From sequence record PP488543.1: 64,000 nucleotides of DNA; one strand, given 5' to 3'. Under the pieces are notes generated by a model that saw only the letters and a program-made list of their open reading frames with translations, made no database searches and had not been told where the DNA came from. Below, piece by piece: positions 33,900 to 44,331 of the stretch; position 1 is the stretch's first letter; every line of letters starts with the position of its first letter. The translations under genes were made by a program, and so were the position numbers. Origin of the DNA: Escherichia phage BP9.

Positions 33900-35456
33900 G
33901 TGTCCAAAAAGAACCGCAGGAAACACAACGCCACAGCCAAAACTGTGAATAAATCTGGGAACGCAGGCGCACCAACTCATAATGTTCGTATGAGTGAGAT
34001 CGGTTCTGGCGCACTTTCCCAAATTATGGCAGAATCGCAATCTATGATGGTTGAGGAATTGCGTTGGCCTCAGCTGATTGCCACAGTGGAGACTATGAAA
34101 TGTGATTCCACAGTTGCTACTGCCTTAGATACAAAATATGTTTTCATCACGAAAGCATTCAATGATTTTAAGATCCTTTATAATGTTAAAAGTGAAGACT
34201 CTAAGAAAGCTGCCGAGCTTATAGAGTATTCTTTGCGTAATTTGGCAAACCAACAAACTCTTCGAGATATTGCAAGAAGCGCAGCTACCTTTAACGAGTA
34301 TGGTTTTTCACTGTTTGAGAAAGTATACCGCAGAGAGAAAGAAGGTAAATATGCCGGGATGCTTCTTATTGATAAAATTGCATTCCGACCTCAGGCCAGT
34401 TTGTCCAGATCAGAGCCGTTTGTCTTTGACAAGAATAGTAGAGCACTGACAGGTATTTATCAGTCACCTAATGCATTTCTAAACACTCAGAATGCACGCT
34501 GGGCTGGACCTCTTGCTGCAATGCCTTCAAAAGGCTTTAATGAGCCTGAAATTTTCATCCCTGCTAAAAAGCTTATGCTCATGACCCTGTCAGGAACAGA
34601 ATCTAACCCTGCAGGTGTGTCACCTATGATAGGTTGCTACAGATCTTTCCGTGAGAAAGTTCTGATTGAAAACCTTGAGGTTGTTGGCTGTTCCAAAGAC
34701 CTTGGTGGTGTGCTTGAGCTGAAAATTCCTTCCAATATTTTGAACAAGGCCAGCATTGACCCGAATTCAATGGAGGGGAGAATGGTTGCAGACCTTATGC
34801 TTGACGCAGCAAACGCCCATAGTGGTGAGCAAAGTTTCTTTATACTTCCGTCTGATAGAGATAAGTCTGGTAAAGAGCTTTACTCCATGACCCTGAAGGG
34901 GGTTGACGGTATGGGTAAGCAGTATTCCACTAAAGATTTGATTGATGCCCGTAAGAAGGCGATTCTTGACCGTTTCGGTGCTGGCTTTATTAACCTCGGT
35001 AACGATAACGTTGGATCCTTCTCTCTGTCTGAGTCAAAACAGTCTATCCATGGTCATTTTGTTCAGCGTGATATAGATATTATCACTGAAGCCTTCAATA
35101 AAGATCTTATTCCACAGCTTCTGGCATTGAATGGTATCATCCTTGAAGATGATGATATGCCTAAACTGAAACCTGGTCTGATTGAAGAAGTGGATATGGA
35201 GAGCTTCTCCAAGTTTGTCCAGAGGATCGGTGCTGTAGGTTACTTGCCAAAAACTCCTGCAGTAATTAATAAGATTCTTGAAGTAGGTGGGTTTGATGAA
35301 AGATTTGACGAGGACATGGATCAGGAAGAGCTGATGAAGCTCTTGGGCCAGGATATCAGTAGGGCTGGTGATGGAATGGCTGCAGGATCCACTGGTAACG
35401 GCACTTCTAAGATGTCATCAACCAGAGATAATTCCATATCCAACATGGAAAATTAA
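33900..35456 (+). CDS. portal protein
   Basis: 518 aa, GTG start, immediately downstream of large terminase; position and size typical of portal. Confidence 0.7.
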   Translation: MSKKNRRKHNATAKTVNKSGNAGAPTHNVRMSEIGSGALSQIMAESQSMMVEELRWPQLIATVETMKCDSTVATALDTKYVFITKAFNDFKILYNVKSEDSKKAAELIEYSLRNLANQQTLRDIARSAATFNEYGFSLFEKVYRREKEGKYAGMLLIDKIAFRPQASLSRSEPFVFDKNSRALTGIYQSPNAFLNTQNARWAGPLAAMPSKGFNEPEIFIPAKKLMLMTLSGTESNPAGVSPMIGCYRSFREKVLIENLEVVGCSKDLGGVLELKIPSNILNKASIDPNSMEGRMVADLMLDAANAHSGEQSFFILPSDRDKSGKELYSMTLKGVDGMGKQYSTKDLIDARKKAILDRFGAGFINLGNDNVGSFSLSESKQSIHGHFVQRDIDIITEAFNKDLIPQLLALNGIILEDDDMPKLKPGLIEEVDMESFSKFVQRIGAVGYLPKTPAVINKILEVGGFDERFDEDMDQEELMKLLGQDISRAGDGMAAGSTGNGTSKMSSTRDNSISNMEN

Positions 35457-35523
35457 AAATTATCAACACAGGTGGTTGCAAAACCTCCTTTGGCGTGATA
35501 AAATAATCCACATGGGGAATAAG

Positions 35524-35943
35524 ATGCCACAGGAAGAAATGATTTCCTACGAAATCATCTACGAACCTGACACTAAAGATGCTCACGGTGAGTGGATGAG
35601 TAAAGACACCATCAAAAAGGCTAAAGATAACTGGGACGCAGCATACGCCGCAGGCCTAGTTTCTGAGAACCTTTTCCACTTGACCTCTACAGATGCTTTC
35701 ACCATTGAAAAGACGTGGATTCAAGAAGAGTTTGATGTTGTAGTGATTGGCACTGAGCAGGTCATCAAGGCTGGCTCTTGGGTTGCTAAAGTTAAATACA
35801 ATAATCCTGAACTATGGGAAGCTAAGAAGGCTGGCATTGTTGGTGGCCTAAGCATTCAGGCAACAGGTAATGTTGATGAAGAAACTGGTGAAATTACCAA
35901 CGTAAACTTCGGGATCAGTGTTGTAGAAGAGGGCAATGAATAA
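35524..35943 (+). CDS. hypothetical head-module protein
   Basis: ATG 35524 (MPQEEMISYEI); track ORF starts at 35368 overlapping portal; an alternative ATG at 35512 is possible. Confidence 0.4.
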   Translation: MPQEEMISYEIIYEPDTKDAHGEWMSKDTIKKAKDNWDAAYAAGLVSENLFHLTSTDAFTIEKTWIQEEFDVVVIGTEQVIKAGSWVAKVKYNNPELWEAKKAGIVGGLSIQATGNVDEETGEITNVNFGISVVEEGNE

Positions 35944-36920
35944 TGTCTGAAAAAACGATTACTATTAAAGAGAAGGGGATTGCCCTGTGCCATAAGGCGC
36001 AAGGCTATAGCGCTAACAACAGACCTGTATCTCTTTTGATGAAGAGTGATCTTAAGCCTGAGCAGTTAACAGACGATATTGTTAAGGCACTTCGCCAAGT
36101 TACTGTGGAGCTTAGTTTTGAAGAATACCTGCGTCGTTTCTTCGATATGTGGTATGATGATGCTAAAGCACTTGCACACATGCTTGGTTTTGAGATTGAA
36201 GAGGAGGCTTGGGCTAAAGAGCATCCTGATTGGGAATGGGCGCAAGCTGACGCAGAGTCTTGTATTGCATGGCTGGAAGAGCGTTGTGATAACGTGACCA
36301 TTCATAAAGCTGCAAAAGAAGGTAAGCAGCTTAGTGTGGTAGATCAGTACAGCCTGTTAAAAACACAACAGATTTTTGAACAAGTAACCGCTGATCTCTT
36401 CGATAAAGAAGGGAACCTGATCAAGGCGGTACAGGAACCTGCTGAGGTGGATAAAACTACCGAGGTGGATGATGTTGCAAAATCCGCAAATACCGAGGAG
36501 AATCCGGTGGACGTAACCAAAACTAAAGAGTATCTGGATCTGCTGAAGCAAGTAGAAGAGCTGAAAGCAACCCAGAGTAAAGCTGAAGAAATCATCAAGG
36601 CCCAGGTTGAAGTTGAAAAAGCTAAAATGCTGACTAAGGCTCAAGCTTTAAGCTTTGTTGGTGAAGAAGATCACGCAACCCTGGTTGACTTCATGCTGGA
36701 GAAAGCTAACGAACCTATCGTAGCTATGCTGGAGAAAGCTCAAGCAAAAATTGAAGAGCTGGAAGCAGAGGTGCATAAAACTAAAGAAGAGTTTGCCACC
36801 ACTGAACATGGTAATGATGGCGAACCTGTTGTGGATGATGTTGCAAAATCCGCAGAAGAAATTCTTGCTGAAAACGTTGCAAAAGCACTTGCTCGTGCAC
36901 GTGCAGAATCTAACAAATAA
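35943..36920 (+). CDS. scaffolding protein (putative)
   Basis: Acidic, helical, coiled-coil-rich 325-aa protein between portal and capsid genes; internal repeat VDDVAKSA occurs twice. Confidence 0.55.
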   Translation: MSEKTITIKEKGIALCHKAQGYSANNRPVSLLMKSDLKPEQLTDDIVKALRQVTVELSFEEYLRRFFDMWYDDAKALAHMLGFEIEEEAWAKEHPDWEWAQADAESCIAWLEERCDNVTIHKAAKEGKQLSVVDQYSLLKTQQIFEQVTADLFDKEGNLIKAVQEPAEVDKTTEVDDVAKSANTEENPVDVTKTKEYLDLLKQVEELKATQSKAEEIIKAQVEVEKAKMLTKAQALSFVGEEDHATLVDFMLEKANEPIVAMLEKAQAKIEELEAEVHKTKEEFATTEHGNDGEPVVDDVAKSAEEILAENVAKALARARAESNK

Positions 36921-36940
36921 GACATTAACGGGGGAAATAA

Positions 36941-37330
36941 ATGATTACCGCTCAATATTCTGATATCGTGCTCGGCAAAGTTGATTCTAGCGATGCTGGC
37001 TACAATTTTAAAGAGATGGAAATTACACTGACAGAGCACCATCATGCTGGTACTGTTGTAACAAAAACTGGCACTATCGCTAACGATGATGGCTCAGACG
37101 TTTATGGCGTTCTCGTAGACCGAGCTCTGGTAAAAGATGCAGGAAAAGTTCATCTCGCTGAGCCTCTGCAAACAGGTCAGAAATATAAACTGGTTGTTGC
37201 AGTTCACGGTGTTACCTTTGCAAAAGATAAGCTGCTGGGGTCTAACGGTGAAGCAGCTAAGCAGGCTGTTCTTGAAAAGCTGGAAGCTCTGGGTAACAAA
37301 GTTCACGTCCAGACTCTTGGTGAAGAGTAA
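36941..37330 (+). CDS. small head protein, possibly decoration protein
   Basis: 129 aa immediately upstream of capsid gene; positional inference only. Confidence 0.35.
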   Translation: MITAQYSDIVLGKVDSSDAGYNFKEMEITLTEHHHAGTVVTKTGTIANDDGSDVYGVLVDRALVKDAGKVHLAEPLQTGQKYKLVVAVHGVTFAKDKLLGSNGEAAKQAVLEKLEALGNKVHVQTLGEE

Positions 37331-37378
37331 GCCCTAAATTGTTCGGGAAAATATTTAAGTTTTACTTTGGAGAAATAA

Positions 37379-38386
37379 ATGATTACTCGTAAAGATGAAT
37401 TTGGCATTGTTGATTTAGGTGCTACTCTGGACCTTGTTCCGCGCCAATTCCGACTGATCACCGGTATGGATCTGTTCGAAACCCGTCTCGGCACCTCAAC
37501 AATTGCTCAGATCGAGCGTGTTGATGAAGTTGTAACCGACATTCCGGCACGCCGTCGTGGTGGTGAGCGTAACTACGTTGGTAATGAACGTGCTCAGGTT
37601 AAAAACCTGAACATCCCGTTCTTCCCTCTGGATAAAGGTATCACTGCTGCAGATGTCCAGAACTTCCGTCGTTACTTCACTCCTGATGCTCCAAAAACTG
37701 TTCAGGACGTAGTAACCCGCGTTGTTCGCCGTATCCGTGTTTCCCATGAAGCACTGCGTGAGAAAGCGCTGTTCCAGGCTATTCTGGGTAAATCCTATGC
37801 ACCTGGTGACACAACCTGTCAGTATGACTACTACACTCTGTGGGGTGTGTCTCAGAAGTCTGTTGAGATCGACCCTGCAAAAGCAGATCAGGATCCTATG
37901 GAGGTTCTGGAAGAAGCTCGTCTGCACATCGCACTGCAAGCTGGTGATAACGCAGCTGGCTATCGCATTGTAGCTCTGTGCTCACCGGAGTTCTTCAGTG
38001 CTGTTACTCATCACCCGCTGGTAGAACTGGCATACACCTATTACGGCTCTGCTCAGGAACCTCTGCGTCGCCGTCTGGGTGCTGGCGGTCAAGACAGCGT
38101 ATATCGTGTGTTTGAGCATAAAGGTATCACCTTTATCGAAGATATCTCTGGCAATATTCCTAAGAAAGAAGCTCGCATTCTGCCGATGGGTATTGATCAG
38201 ATGTTCCAGCTGCACTTTGCTCCGGCAGACGATGTTAACGAAGCAAACACTCCAGCACAGGAACTGTACATGTGGTACAAACACTCTGCATACCTGCGTG
38301 AAGAGAAGATTGAATCTGAAACTTCCATGCTGGCAGTTAACACCCGCCCAGAGCTGGTTGTTAAAGCAACTCTGAAAGGTGACTAA
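37379..38386 (+). CDS. major capsid protein (putative)
   Basis: 335 aa, codon usage of a highly expressed gene, followed by strong terminator, in head module. Confidence 0.6.
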   Translation: MITRKDEFGIVDLGATLDLVPRQFRLITGMDLFETRLGTSTIAQIERVDEVVTDIPARRRGGERNYVGNERAQVKNLNIPFFPLDKGITAADVQNFRRYFTPDAPKTVQDVVTRVVRRIRVSHEALREKALFQAILGKSYAPGDTTCQYDYYTLWGVSQKSVEIDPAKADQDPMEVLEEARLHIALQAGDNAAGYRIVALCSPEFFSAVTHHPLVELAYTYYGSAQEPLRRRLGAGGQDSVYRVFEHKGITFIEDISGNIPKKEARILPMGIDQMFQLHFAPADDVNEANTPAQELYMWYKHSAYLREEKIESETSMLAVNTRPELVVKATLKGD

Positions 38387-38410
38387 TCACTAAGGTGATT
38401 CATCCCATAT

Positions 38411-38440
38411 GGGGAGGGGGTTCTCCCCCTCCCCTTTTTT
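38411..38440 (+). terminator. strong rho-independent terminator after capsid gene
   Basis: GGGGAGGGGG-TTCT-CCCCCTCCCC followed by TTTTTT. Confidence 0.8.
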
Positions 38441-38468
38441 ATTTATTAGGGTTTAACAGGAGTGTCCC

Positions 38469-39314
38469 GTGAAGAGAGCCGTATATCCAGTTGAGTATGA
38501 TCCTCTATTAAGAGTTTTCAACAATCAGTTAAGTTTTTATCAATTTTTAGCACAATATAACCCAGAAATCAATGTTGGTTTATCAGCCCTGCTGCCACCA
38601 ACAGAATTCGTTATCGGCAGTGTTCACTATCCATGTAGAACGATTGTAGACTTCTTCGAGAAGATTGCAAAACACACAGGCCTGCCAATTGATACTGGTA
38701 TTTCAACTATCCGTATGGGTGTTATTCTTCTGTTCTTCACAGAGAACCTTGATGAAAGCACTTTAACACTGCAAAGTGGGGATGTCAATATCACACTCAC
38801 CCCGTCAGTGTTTAAAGAGGTAGATGCGGCTTTCCAAGTTTCCGTGGCAGAGGGCCATCTATGGGACCCTGTAGGGATGCCTAAAAAGGTGACCATAAAC
38901 GATGAGCAATGCAACGTTGTTTATGAAGAAGATACCCAAACTTTCACCATTGAGTGGCCTAAGAAACGTTCTCAGGTTGTAAATCTTGGGCTGGTCTCTA
39001 CGATAGCTCCACCGCCTCAACCAGAGCCGGAGCCGCCTGTAGGTCCTACTGAACCTGGTGGTGGTGAAGAATCCCAAGGTCCGACTGTACCGGAGGGAGG
39101 CACTGAGCAGGATCCTGAACAGGCACAAGAATCAAGATCTTCTCGCAGTGATGTTGATGCCCTACTACAGCAGGCCGCAGCTCTTAACAACGAAGATGAC
39201 AAAAGTGGTTCAAAAGATGCACTCCAAACCTTCGCCAAAGAGCACGGTGTTACCTTAAGTAAGGCAAAAACTTTCCAAAATATGATGAAAGATTTTGAGG
39301 CTGCACTGGCATAA
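38469..39314 (+). CDS. hypothetical structural protein with Pro/Glu-rich linker
   Basis: GTG start; central PPPQPEPEPPVGPTEPGGGE linker. Confidence 0.45.
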   Translation: MKRAVYPVEYDPLLRVFNNQLSFYQFLAQYNPEINVGLSALLPPTEFVIGSVHYPCRTIVDFFEKIAKHTGLPIDTGISTIRMGVILLFFTENLDESTLTLQSGDVNITLTPSVFKEVDAAFQVSVAEGHLWDPVGMPKKVTINDEQCNVVYEEDTQTFTIEWPKKRSQVVNLGLVSTIAPPPQPEPEPPVGPTEPGGGEESQGPTVPEGGTEQDPEQAQESRSSRSDVDALLQQAAALNNEDDKSGSKDALQTFAKEHGVTLSKAKTFQNMMKDFEAALA

Positions 39315-39373
39315 TTTTGTTAAGGCCCCTTCCAAATTAGGAATGGGGCTTTATTTTTACGAGGTATTTTCAA

Positions 39374-39994
39374 ATGGCATGGTATGAAGATGAAGAGATT
39401 ATCCCGTCCCCGCCTAACCATGATGGTGCAGTAGATACCCCAGAAGAACCACCAAAAGAAGATCCTGTACCTCCGGAACCTGATCCAGACCAACCTCTTA
39501 TTAATATTATGAGGTTGTTGCTTGGCAATGTTGATGAGGAAACCCTCCCTGACGAGGTAATTAAAACATTCCTTGACATGGAGAAGTTGAAACTAAATTA
39601 TCCGGCAGATCCTGATAAGCTGCCTCTGCTTAAGTACAATGTGCTTGTGCAGCTTGTGCGGTGGCTGATGATGCAGGAAGTGTCCAGCGGTAATGCAAGT
39701 ATAACTTCCCGTCTGGAAAAAATAGGTGATGAGACCATAGAGATTCGTGGTGGATCTTCCTACGCCCAATGGAAAGATTTCCTTGATTGGCTGCTGGCAC
39801 ACCCAGACTATGTAGATTCTGAGTTAGATGCTTACAGCAGAATGATTATCATTGGTGGTGTCCGTGTAGACGAAGGAATTCGGGTTAAATTTAATGAAAA
39901 CAGCAACGGACCGTTCGATGTCCAGGGGATTACACCTATCAGTGGTCTAAATAACCAACCTCCTCGCCACCCAAGACGCAAACGCAGTTTTTAA
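39374..39994 (+). CDS. hypothetical head-tail module protein
   Basis: Track ORF, 206 aa. Confidence 0.45.
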   Translation: MAWYEDEEIIPSPPNHDGAVDTPEEPPKEDPVPPEPDPDQPLINIMRLLLGNVDEETLPDEVIKTFLDMEKLKLNYPADPDKLPLLKYNVLVQLVRWLMMQEVSSGNASITSRLEKIGDETIEIRGGSSYAQWKDFLDWLLAHPDYVDSELDAYSRMIIIGGVRVDEGIRVKFNENSNGPFDVQGITPISGLNNQPPRHPRRKRSF

Positions 39995-40000
39995 AAATTG

Positions 40001-40029
40001 TTGCTTTTGATGTATCTTTGTGGTAAAAT
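40001..40029 (+). promoter_or_regulatory. extended -10 promoter candidate
   Basis: TTGCTT N17 TAAAAT with TGG immediately upstream (TGGTAAAATA at 40021-40030). Confidence 0.45.
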
Positions 40030-40047
40030 ACATTAGTGAGGGATATA

Positions 40048-40506
40048 ATGCTAAAGGTTAAATGTCAAACAAGGTTCAACCTAAAGCGTTTAGATCGCTT
40101 CTACAAAGAACTTGTGAGACTTGAAAGTAAAACAATAACCTACGGCTTTTATGACGAACCTCACCCGTCAGGCTTAAATATGGCAACATTGGCAGCCATT
40201 CACAACTTCGGTTGGAACGGGCTGCCTGTTCGCAATTTCATGGAGACAGCCTTTGCATTTCACAGCACTCAACTACAGACCTTGACAGAAAAATTGTTGA
40301 GAGCTATGGCTAGAGGATCAAGTGCAGAGGCTATTCTTAAGCAGATGGGGGACACAGGGGCCAAAGCTATCCAGTTTGTTATTGAGGCTGGGCAGTTTAG
40401 TAATCCTACTGTTAGCGAGCAGTGGGCACAAGAGAAAGGCTTCAACGAGGCTATGCGGCATTACGATGTGCTGCTTGAATCTGCAACCTTTAAAATCGGA
40501 CAGTAA
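40048..40506 (+). CDS. hypothetical head-tail module protein
   Basis: ATG 40048 with GAGGGA SD; track uses GTG 40036. Confidence 0.4.
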   Translation: MLKVKCQTRFNLKRLDRFYKELVRLESKTITYGFYDEPHPSGLNMATLAAIHNFGWNGLPVRNFMETAFAFHSTQLQTLTEKLLRAMARGSSAEAILKQMGDTGAKAIQFVIEAGQFSNPTVSEQWAQEKGFNEAMRHYDVLLESATFKIGQ

Positions 40507-40520
40507 AATAAGGGGGTTGA

Positions 40521-40946
40521 GTGGCAGCAGGTTATAAGCTGATAGGAAAGAACAGACTAATACCTCGTAAAACATTCAAAGGTCGCCACAGAGTGTATAA
40601 CAAAACAGTTGGTGGCCCTTTTGCCAACGAGGGGTTAGAACTTGAGTATGAAGAGTTTGATGTCTTAGAGTGTGTTGTGCAGCCGTTGACAGGAAGGGCG
40701 GCTAAAGATTACTCCTCTCAAATAAACCCTGAAGGTGACAGACAGTACGAGGCTTTTACAGTTTACTCCTCAACCAAGTTGTATAGTCCGGATGAAGGAA
40801 CATACGCAATGGCTGATCAAATTCAACTTCCTGACATCCGTGGTGACTTGAAATGGTTTACCGTTTTAAAATGCGATGCATATGTTACCTCTGGTGGTGG
40901 GAGATATAGATTTTTTGTGGTAGAAGAGCCTGAAGGAGAAAACTAA
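40521..40946 (+). CDS. hypothetical head-tail module protein
   Basis: GTG start with AGGGGG SD. Confidence 0.4.
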   Translation: MAAGYKLIGKNRLIPRKTFKGRHRVYNKTVGGPFANEGLELEYEEFDVLECVVQPLTGRAAKDYSSQINPEGDRQYEAFTVYSSTKLYSPDEGTYAMADQIQLPDIRGDLKWFTVLKCDAYVTSGGGRYRFFVVEEPEGEN

Positions 40947-41497
40947 TGGAAGCTTTCGAAAAAGTTTTTTCTGATCTTGAAACAACCATTGCTAAGCTTG
41001 TCAAGGTTGCCACAGGAAGAACTGTAGTTCTGGCAGAAAGCTCTACCATACCGAAGCCGGAAGGTGAGTTTGTACTTTTACAAACCTTGGCGATCAATCC
41101 TACCACTTGGGAAGATAATGAGTTTCAAGATGCGGAGGGTAATGCTTACGTCACCCACAGCTATACTGTTACCTATCTGCTAACAGCTTATCGTGGCAGG
41201 GCATATGCTGCACTTAGCAGAGTATTGCAAGCAATAAATCTTCCAATGTTTTATGACAAGTATTTCCCTCTGGGGTCGTGCTTTGCCTACTCTAACAATT
41301 CAACAATCTCACCTCAAAGAGTGCCGTTGAATAAGCAGACGTATGAAAATAGAGCCACTGTGATGCTGACATTTAACGTAAGGTTTGTTGAAACAGACAT
41401 TGGGGCTTTTGAGGATCTTCAGGGAATTAAGGCTGAAATAACCACACACTTCCCTTCACCCAATTCTGGTAAAGCGGTTACAGACAGTGGTCAGTAA
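40946..41497 (+). CDS. hypothetical protein, possible neck or tail-terminator protein
   Basis: 183 aa directly upstream of sheath-like gene. Confidence 0.4.
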   Translation: MEAFEKVFSDLETTIAKLVKVATGRTVVLAESSTIPKPEGEFVLLQTLAINPTTWEDNEFQDAEGNAYVTHSYTVTYLLTAYRGRAYAALSRVLQAINLPMFYDKYFPLGSCFAYSNNSTISPQRVPLNKQTYENRATVMLTFNVRFVETDIGAFEDLQGIKAEITTHFPSPNSGKAVTDSGQ

Positions 41498-41569
41498 TCG
41501 TTATAATTGTGTAGTGTAATGATTACACTGCGTGTTTGATATCCGTGCACAGATATTAAGAGGAAACAA

Positions 41570-42946
41570 ATGCCATATTTAGATAAGGTGGTAGATGTTA
41601 CAGTTAACCTCGGAACCCAGCCTATTGACACTGTAGGTTTCGAAACTCCCCTGTTCATCGCTATCCACAACAACTTTACTGAGCGAGCTCGCGTATATGC
41701 GGAGCTGGATCAGATGGTGGAAGATGGTTTCGCACAAGGCTCTGCAGCGTATGAGTTTGCAGCAAAAGCTTTTGGTGGTGTATTCCCTCCACAATACGTT
41801 ATGATCGGCAGACAGGCCAAAGAAAAGACCACTGTAGATTTTAAAGGTATTGCTGCCGCAGCTGATACCGATGTCGTAATGACTATTGCAAAAGGTAGCT
41901 ACAATACTTCTTTGATAGTGCCTATCTCTGGTGGAACAGGTGCAACTCAGATTGCAGAGTCAATGAAGACTAAAATTGAAGCAGATGATAGCTTGAACGA
42001 TATCACTGTAGAGGCTGCTGAAGGTGTTCTCACCATCACTGGTAACTGCACTGTTGGTTATCATACTGGTAACTACACAATCAAAAATATCGCCAATGCT
42101 GAAAAACCTTCTACAGTAGTTGATAAGATCAATGCTGAGCGTGACAATTGGTACTTCCTGTGCCATGAAGACCACACCGACATTGAAGCATGTGCCAAGT
42201 GGGCTCAGGCTAACTATAAGCTGCATGTCTACTCTACTGCAGAAGATGTGACTGGCAAAGATAATAACATCGCCACCAAACTGATGGCTGCACAGTATGA
42301 CAGTGTCGGCATGTACGATCCTCGTGCTGATAAAGATTTTCCAGAGGGTGGTATCGTAGGCGCTATGGCATCCAACGATCCGTCTTACGGTGACAGCTTG
42401 CACTTAAAACAGATGCCGGGTGTGATTGCACCATCTCTGACTTTAACTCAGCGCATGGCGATTTGGGAAAACCACGTTAACTTCTATAGAATGATTAACG
42501 GTGTTGGTGCTTTCTGGGAAGGTAAGTGTGCTTCAGGTCAGTATGCAGACGCTATTCGTTTTGCACACTGGATCAAGTTCAGATCTGAAGAATCTATGTT
42601 TGGGTACATGCATCGCCGCTCCAACATGGGTTTAAGCATGAAGATGTCTGATGATGATCTTCCGGTTATCAAGTCTGTCTTGATGAACAACCCAATCAAC
42701 ACTGGCATTAAGAATGGTGCGATCCTGACAGGTTTCGACGAAGACAATAATGTATTCTACGACCCGATCATTACAGTTCCTAAACGTGCAGAAATCCCAA
42801 CTAATCAGTTGGCTGCTCGTGTTCTGGAAGGTGTGAAAGTAGAACTGGTGTATAACAACGCCCTGCACTTCGTTCGTATCCGGATCAACGTCCTTCTGGA
42901 CAAAGTTGGTTCTAAATCCACCAATGCTGTTGCAATGACTGAATAA
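41570..42946 (+). CDS. tail sheath-like major tail protein
   Basis: 458 aa followed by 157-aa tube-like protein, frameshifted chaperone and tape measure; assignment by size and order. Confidence 0.5.
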   Translation: MPYLDKVVDVTVNLGTQPIDTVGFETPLFIAIHNNFTERARVYAELDQMVEDGFAQGSAAYEFAAKAFGGVFPPQYVMIGRQAKEKTTVDFKGIAAAADTDVVMTIAKGSYNTSLIVPISGGTGATQIAESMKTKIEADDSLNDITVEAAEGVLTITGNCTVGYHTGNYTIKNIANAEKPSTVVDKINAERDNWYFLCHEDHTDIEACAKWAQANYKLHVYSTAEDVTGKDNNIATKLMAAQYDSVGMYDPRADKDFPEGGIVGAMASNDPSYGDSLHLKQMPGVIAPSLTLTQRMAIWENHVNFYRMINGVGAFWEGKCASGQYADAIRFAHWIKFRSEESMFGYMHRRSNMGLSMKMSDDDLPVIKSVLMNNPINTGIKNGAILTGFDEDNNVFYDPIITVPKRAEIPTNQLAARVLEGVKVELVYNNALHFVRIRINVLLDKVGSKSTNAVAMTE

Positions 42947-42956
42947 GGAAGCCTAG

Positions 42957-43430
42957 ATGGAAACTCAAATTTTAACTCCTTATGCGTATGACCCTAAAAA
43001 GGTCAAACTGTATCTGATGCAGCAGCGTGTCACTGGCTTCGCTGCTGACACCAAGATTGTTGTTTCAAGAAACGAAGACAACATTTATCCTCACGTTGGT
43101 GTGGATGGTGAAATGTCTGCGGCTCTGTCCCGTAACCAATCTGGTGTTATGACTGTATCTTTGCAGAACACTTCTGTATGGAACGCTTACCTTTCTGACT
43201 GGCAGAAACAGGCATCGATCACTGGCCTGGTATTCTTCCCGGTTCTGCTGGAAGGTAGCCAGGGCCCCGGTATTTCCACAATCGGTTGGATCCAGAAACA
43301 GCCTGACCTGACTTACGGAACCGAAGTAGGTCAACTGGACTGGGATATCGGTATTCTGGATGCATGGCTCAACCGTGACAACATCACTGGTGCTCTCACT
43401 GGCCTCGCAGGTCTTGCAGGTATTATCTAA
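42957..43430 (+). CDS. tail tube-like protein
   Basis: 157 aa directly after sheath-like gene, followed by terminator. Confidence 0.5.
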   Translation: METQILTPYAYDPKKVKLYLMQQRVTGFAADTKIVVSRNEDNIYPHVGVDGEMSAALSRNQSGVMTVSLQNTSVWNAYLSDWQKQASITGLVFFPVLLEGSQGPGISTIGWIQKQPDLTYGTEVGQLDWDIGILDAWLNRDNITGALTGLAGLAGII

Positions 43431-43448
43431 GGGCACACTTTAGCATAG

Positions 43449-43473
43449 GCCTCACCTTCGGGTGGGGCTTTTT
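43449..43473 (+). terminator. rho-independent terminator
   Basis: GCCTCACC-TTCG-GGTGGGGC followed by TTTTT. Confidence 0.7.
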
Positions 43474-43520
43474 GCTTTTATGGTTTTGACACACGTTCTT
43501 GAATTGCTTGAAAGGTTAAA

Positions 43521-43549
43521 TTGACAATGCACCATAATCATGGTAAAAT
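43521..43549 (+). promoter_or_regulatory. sigma70-like promoter with extended -10
   Basis: TTGACA (43521-43526) N17 TAAAAT (43544-43549) within TGGTAAAATA. Confidence 0.6.
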
Positions 43550-43592
43550 ACACAAATATGGTGCACAACATGACTAATAAGGATGCTATAAA

Positions 43593-44066
43593 ATGGCTAT
43601 AAACTTTAGACCTACAACAGAGATTGATTTAGCAGGGCACAACTTTGTGATCACCCACTGGGGACCGATGAAAGCAATGAAAAATATGCCTAAAATCGGT
43701 AAGATTGTGGCTGTCCCGCTAGGTGCTATCGGTGGATCTATTATCTCAGGTGGTCAGAATATGGCAGAGGTCCTTCCTACTGCTCTGGCTTACCTGTTCC
43801 AAGAACTTGATGATAACTCTATTGAAGAGTTATTTAAAATTTTGTTCGAAGATATTACCGTAGATGGTGTGGATAAGCTTAACCCGGATGTTGTGTTTGC
43901 AGGGCATCTGCTGGAGATGATTAAGCTGGCAGGTAAGGTTCTGGAGGTTAACTACGGCTGTTTTTTCACACAAGACGGTTTAGGAAGCCTTCTGGAGATG
44001 TTACAGCAGATGGGTATGATTCAGCAGGTGAACAACCTGGATCAGACTCCGGAAGAGCAGGAATAA
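43593..44066 (+). CDS. tail assembly chaperone (gpG/gpE-like), zero-frame product
   Basis: 157 aa between tube and tape-measure genes; contains slippery heptamer. Confidence 0.6.
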   Translation: MAINFRPTTEIDLAGHNFVITHWGPMKAMKNMPKIGKIVAVPLGAIGGSIISGGQNMAEVLPTALAYLFQELDDNSIEELFKILFEDITVDGVDKLNPDVVFAGHLLEMIKLAGKVLEVNYGCFFTQDGLGSLLEMLQQMGMIQQVNNLDQTPEEQE

Positions 44067-44326
44067 GCAAGGTTGTTGTGAGGGCCAGTGAGTGGGCAGC
44101 CAAGAACAGTTCACTAAACTGGTTCGACTTTCTTTGGTGCAGGGTGCTCAAGAATTTCAAAGGGGAAAATTTTGAATCGCTAAATCTTGCAGATATGGCG
44201 TATTTCCTGAAGCTCTGTGAGTATCTTGATATCGAAGAATTCCTAGATACCGTCCAAAACAGGGAAATGGAGCGGGAGCAGAAGGCTGCCGCAGCTGCTG
44301 CGAAAGCTAAGCGCAGGAGAGGATAA
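43967..44326 (+). CDS. -1 frameshift extension of tail assembly chaperone (gpGT/E+E'-like)
   Basis: -1 frame open from 43952 to 44326 and overlaps chaperone 3' end; slippery TTTTTTC at 43961-43967 in correct register; predicted fusion about 244 aa. Confidence 0.55.
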   Translation, partial: HTRRFRKPSGDVTADGYDSAGEQPGSDSGRAGISKVVVRASEWAAKNSSLNWFDFLWCRVLKNFKGENFESLNLADMAYFLKLCEYLDIEEFLDTVQNREMEREQKAAAAAAKAKRRRG

Positions 44327-44331
44327 TCTAA

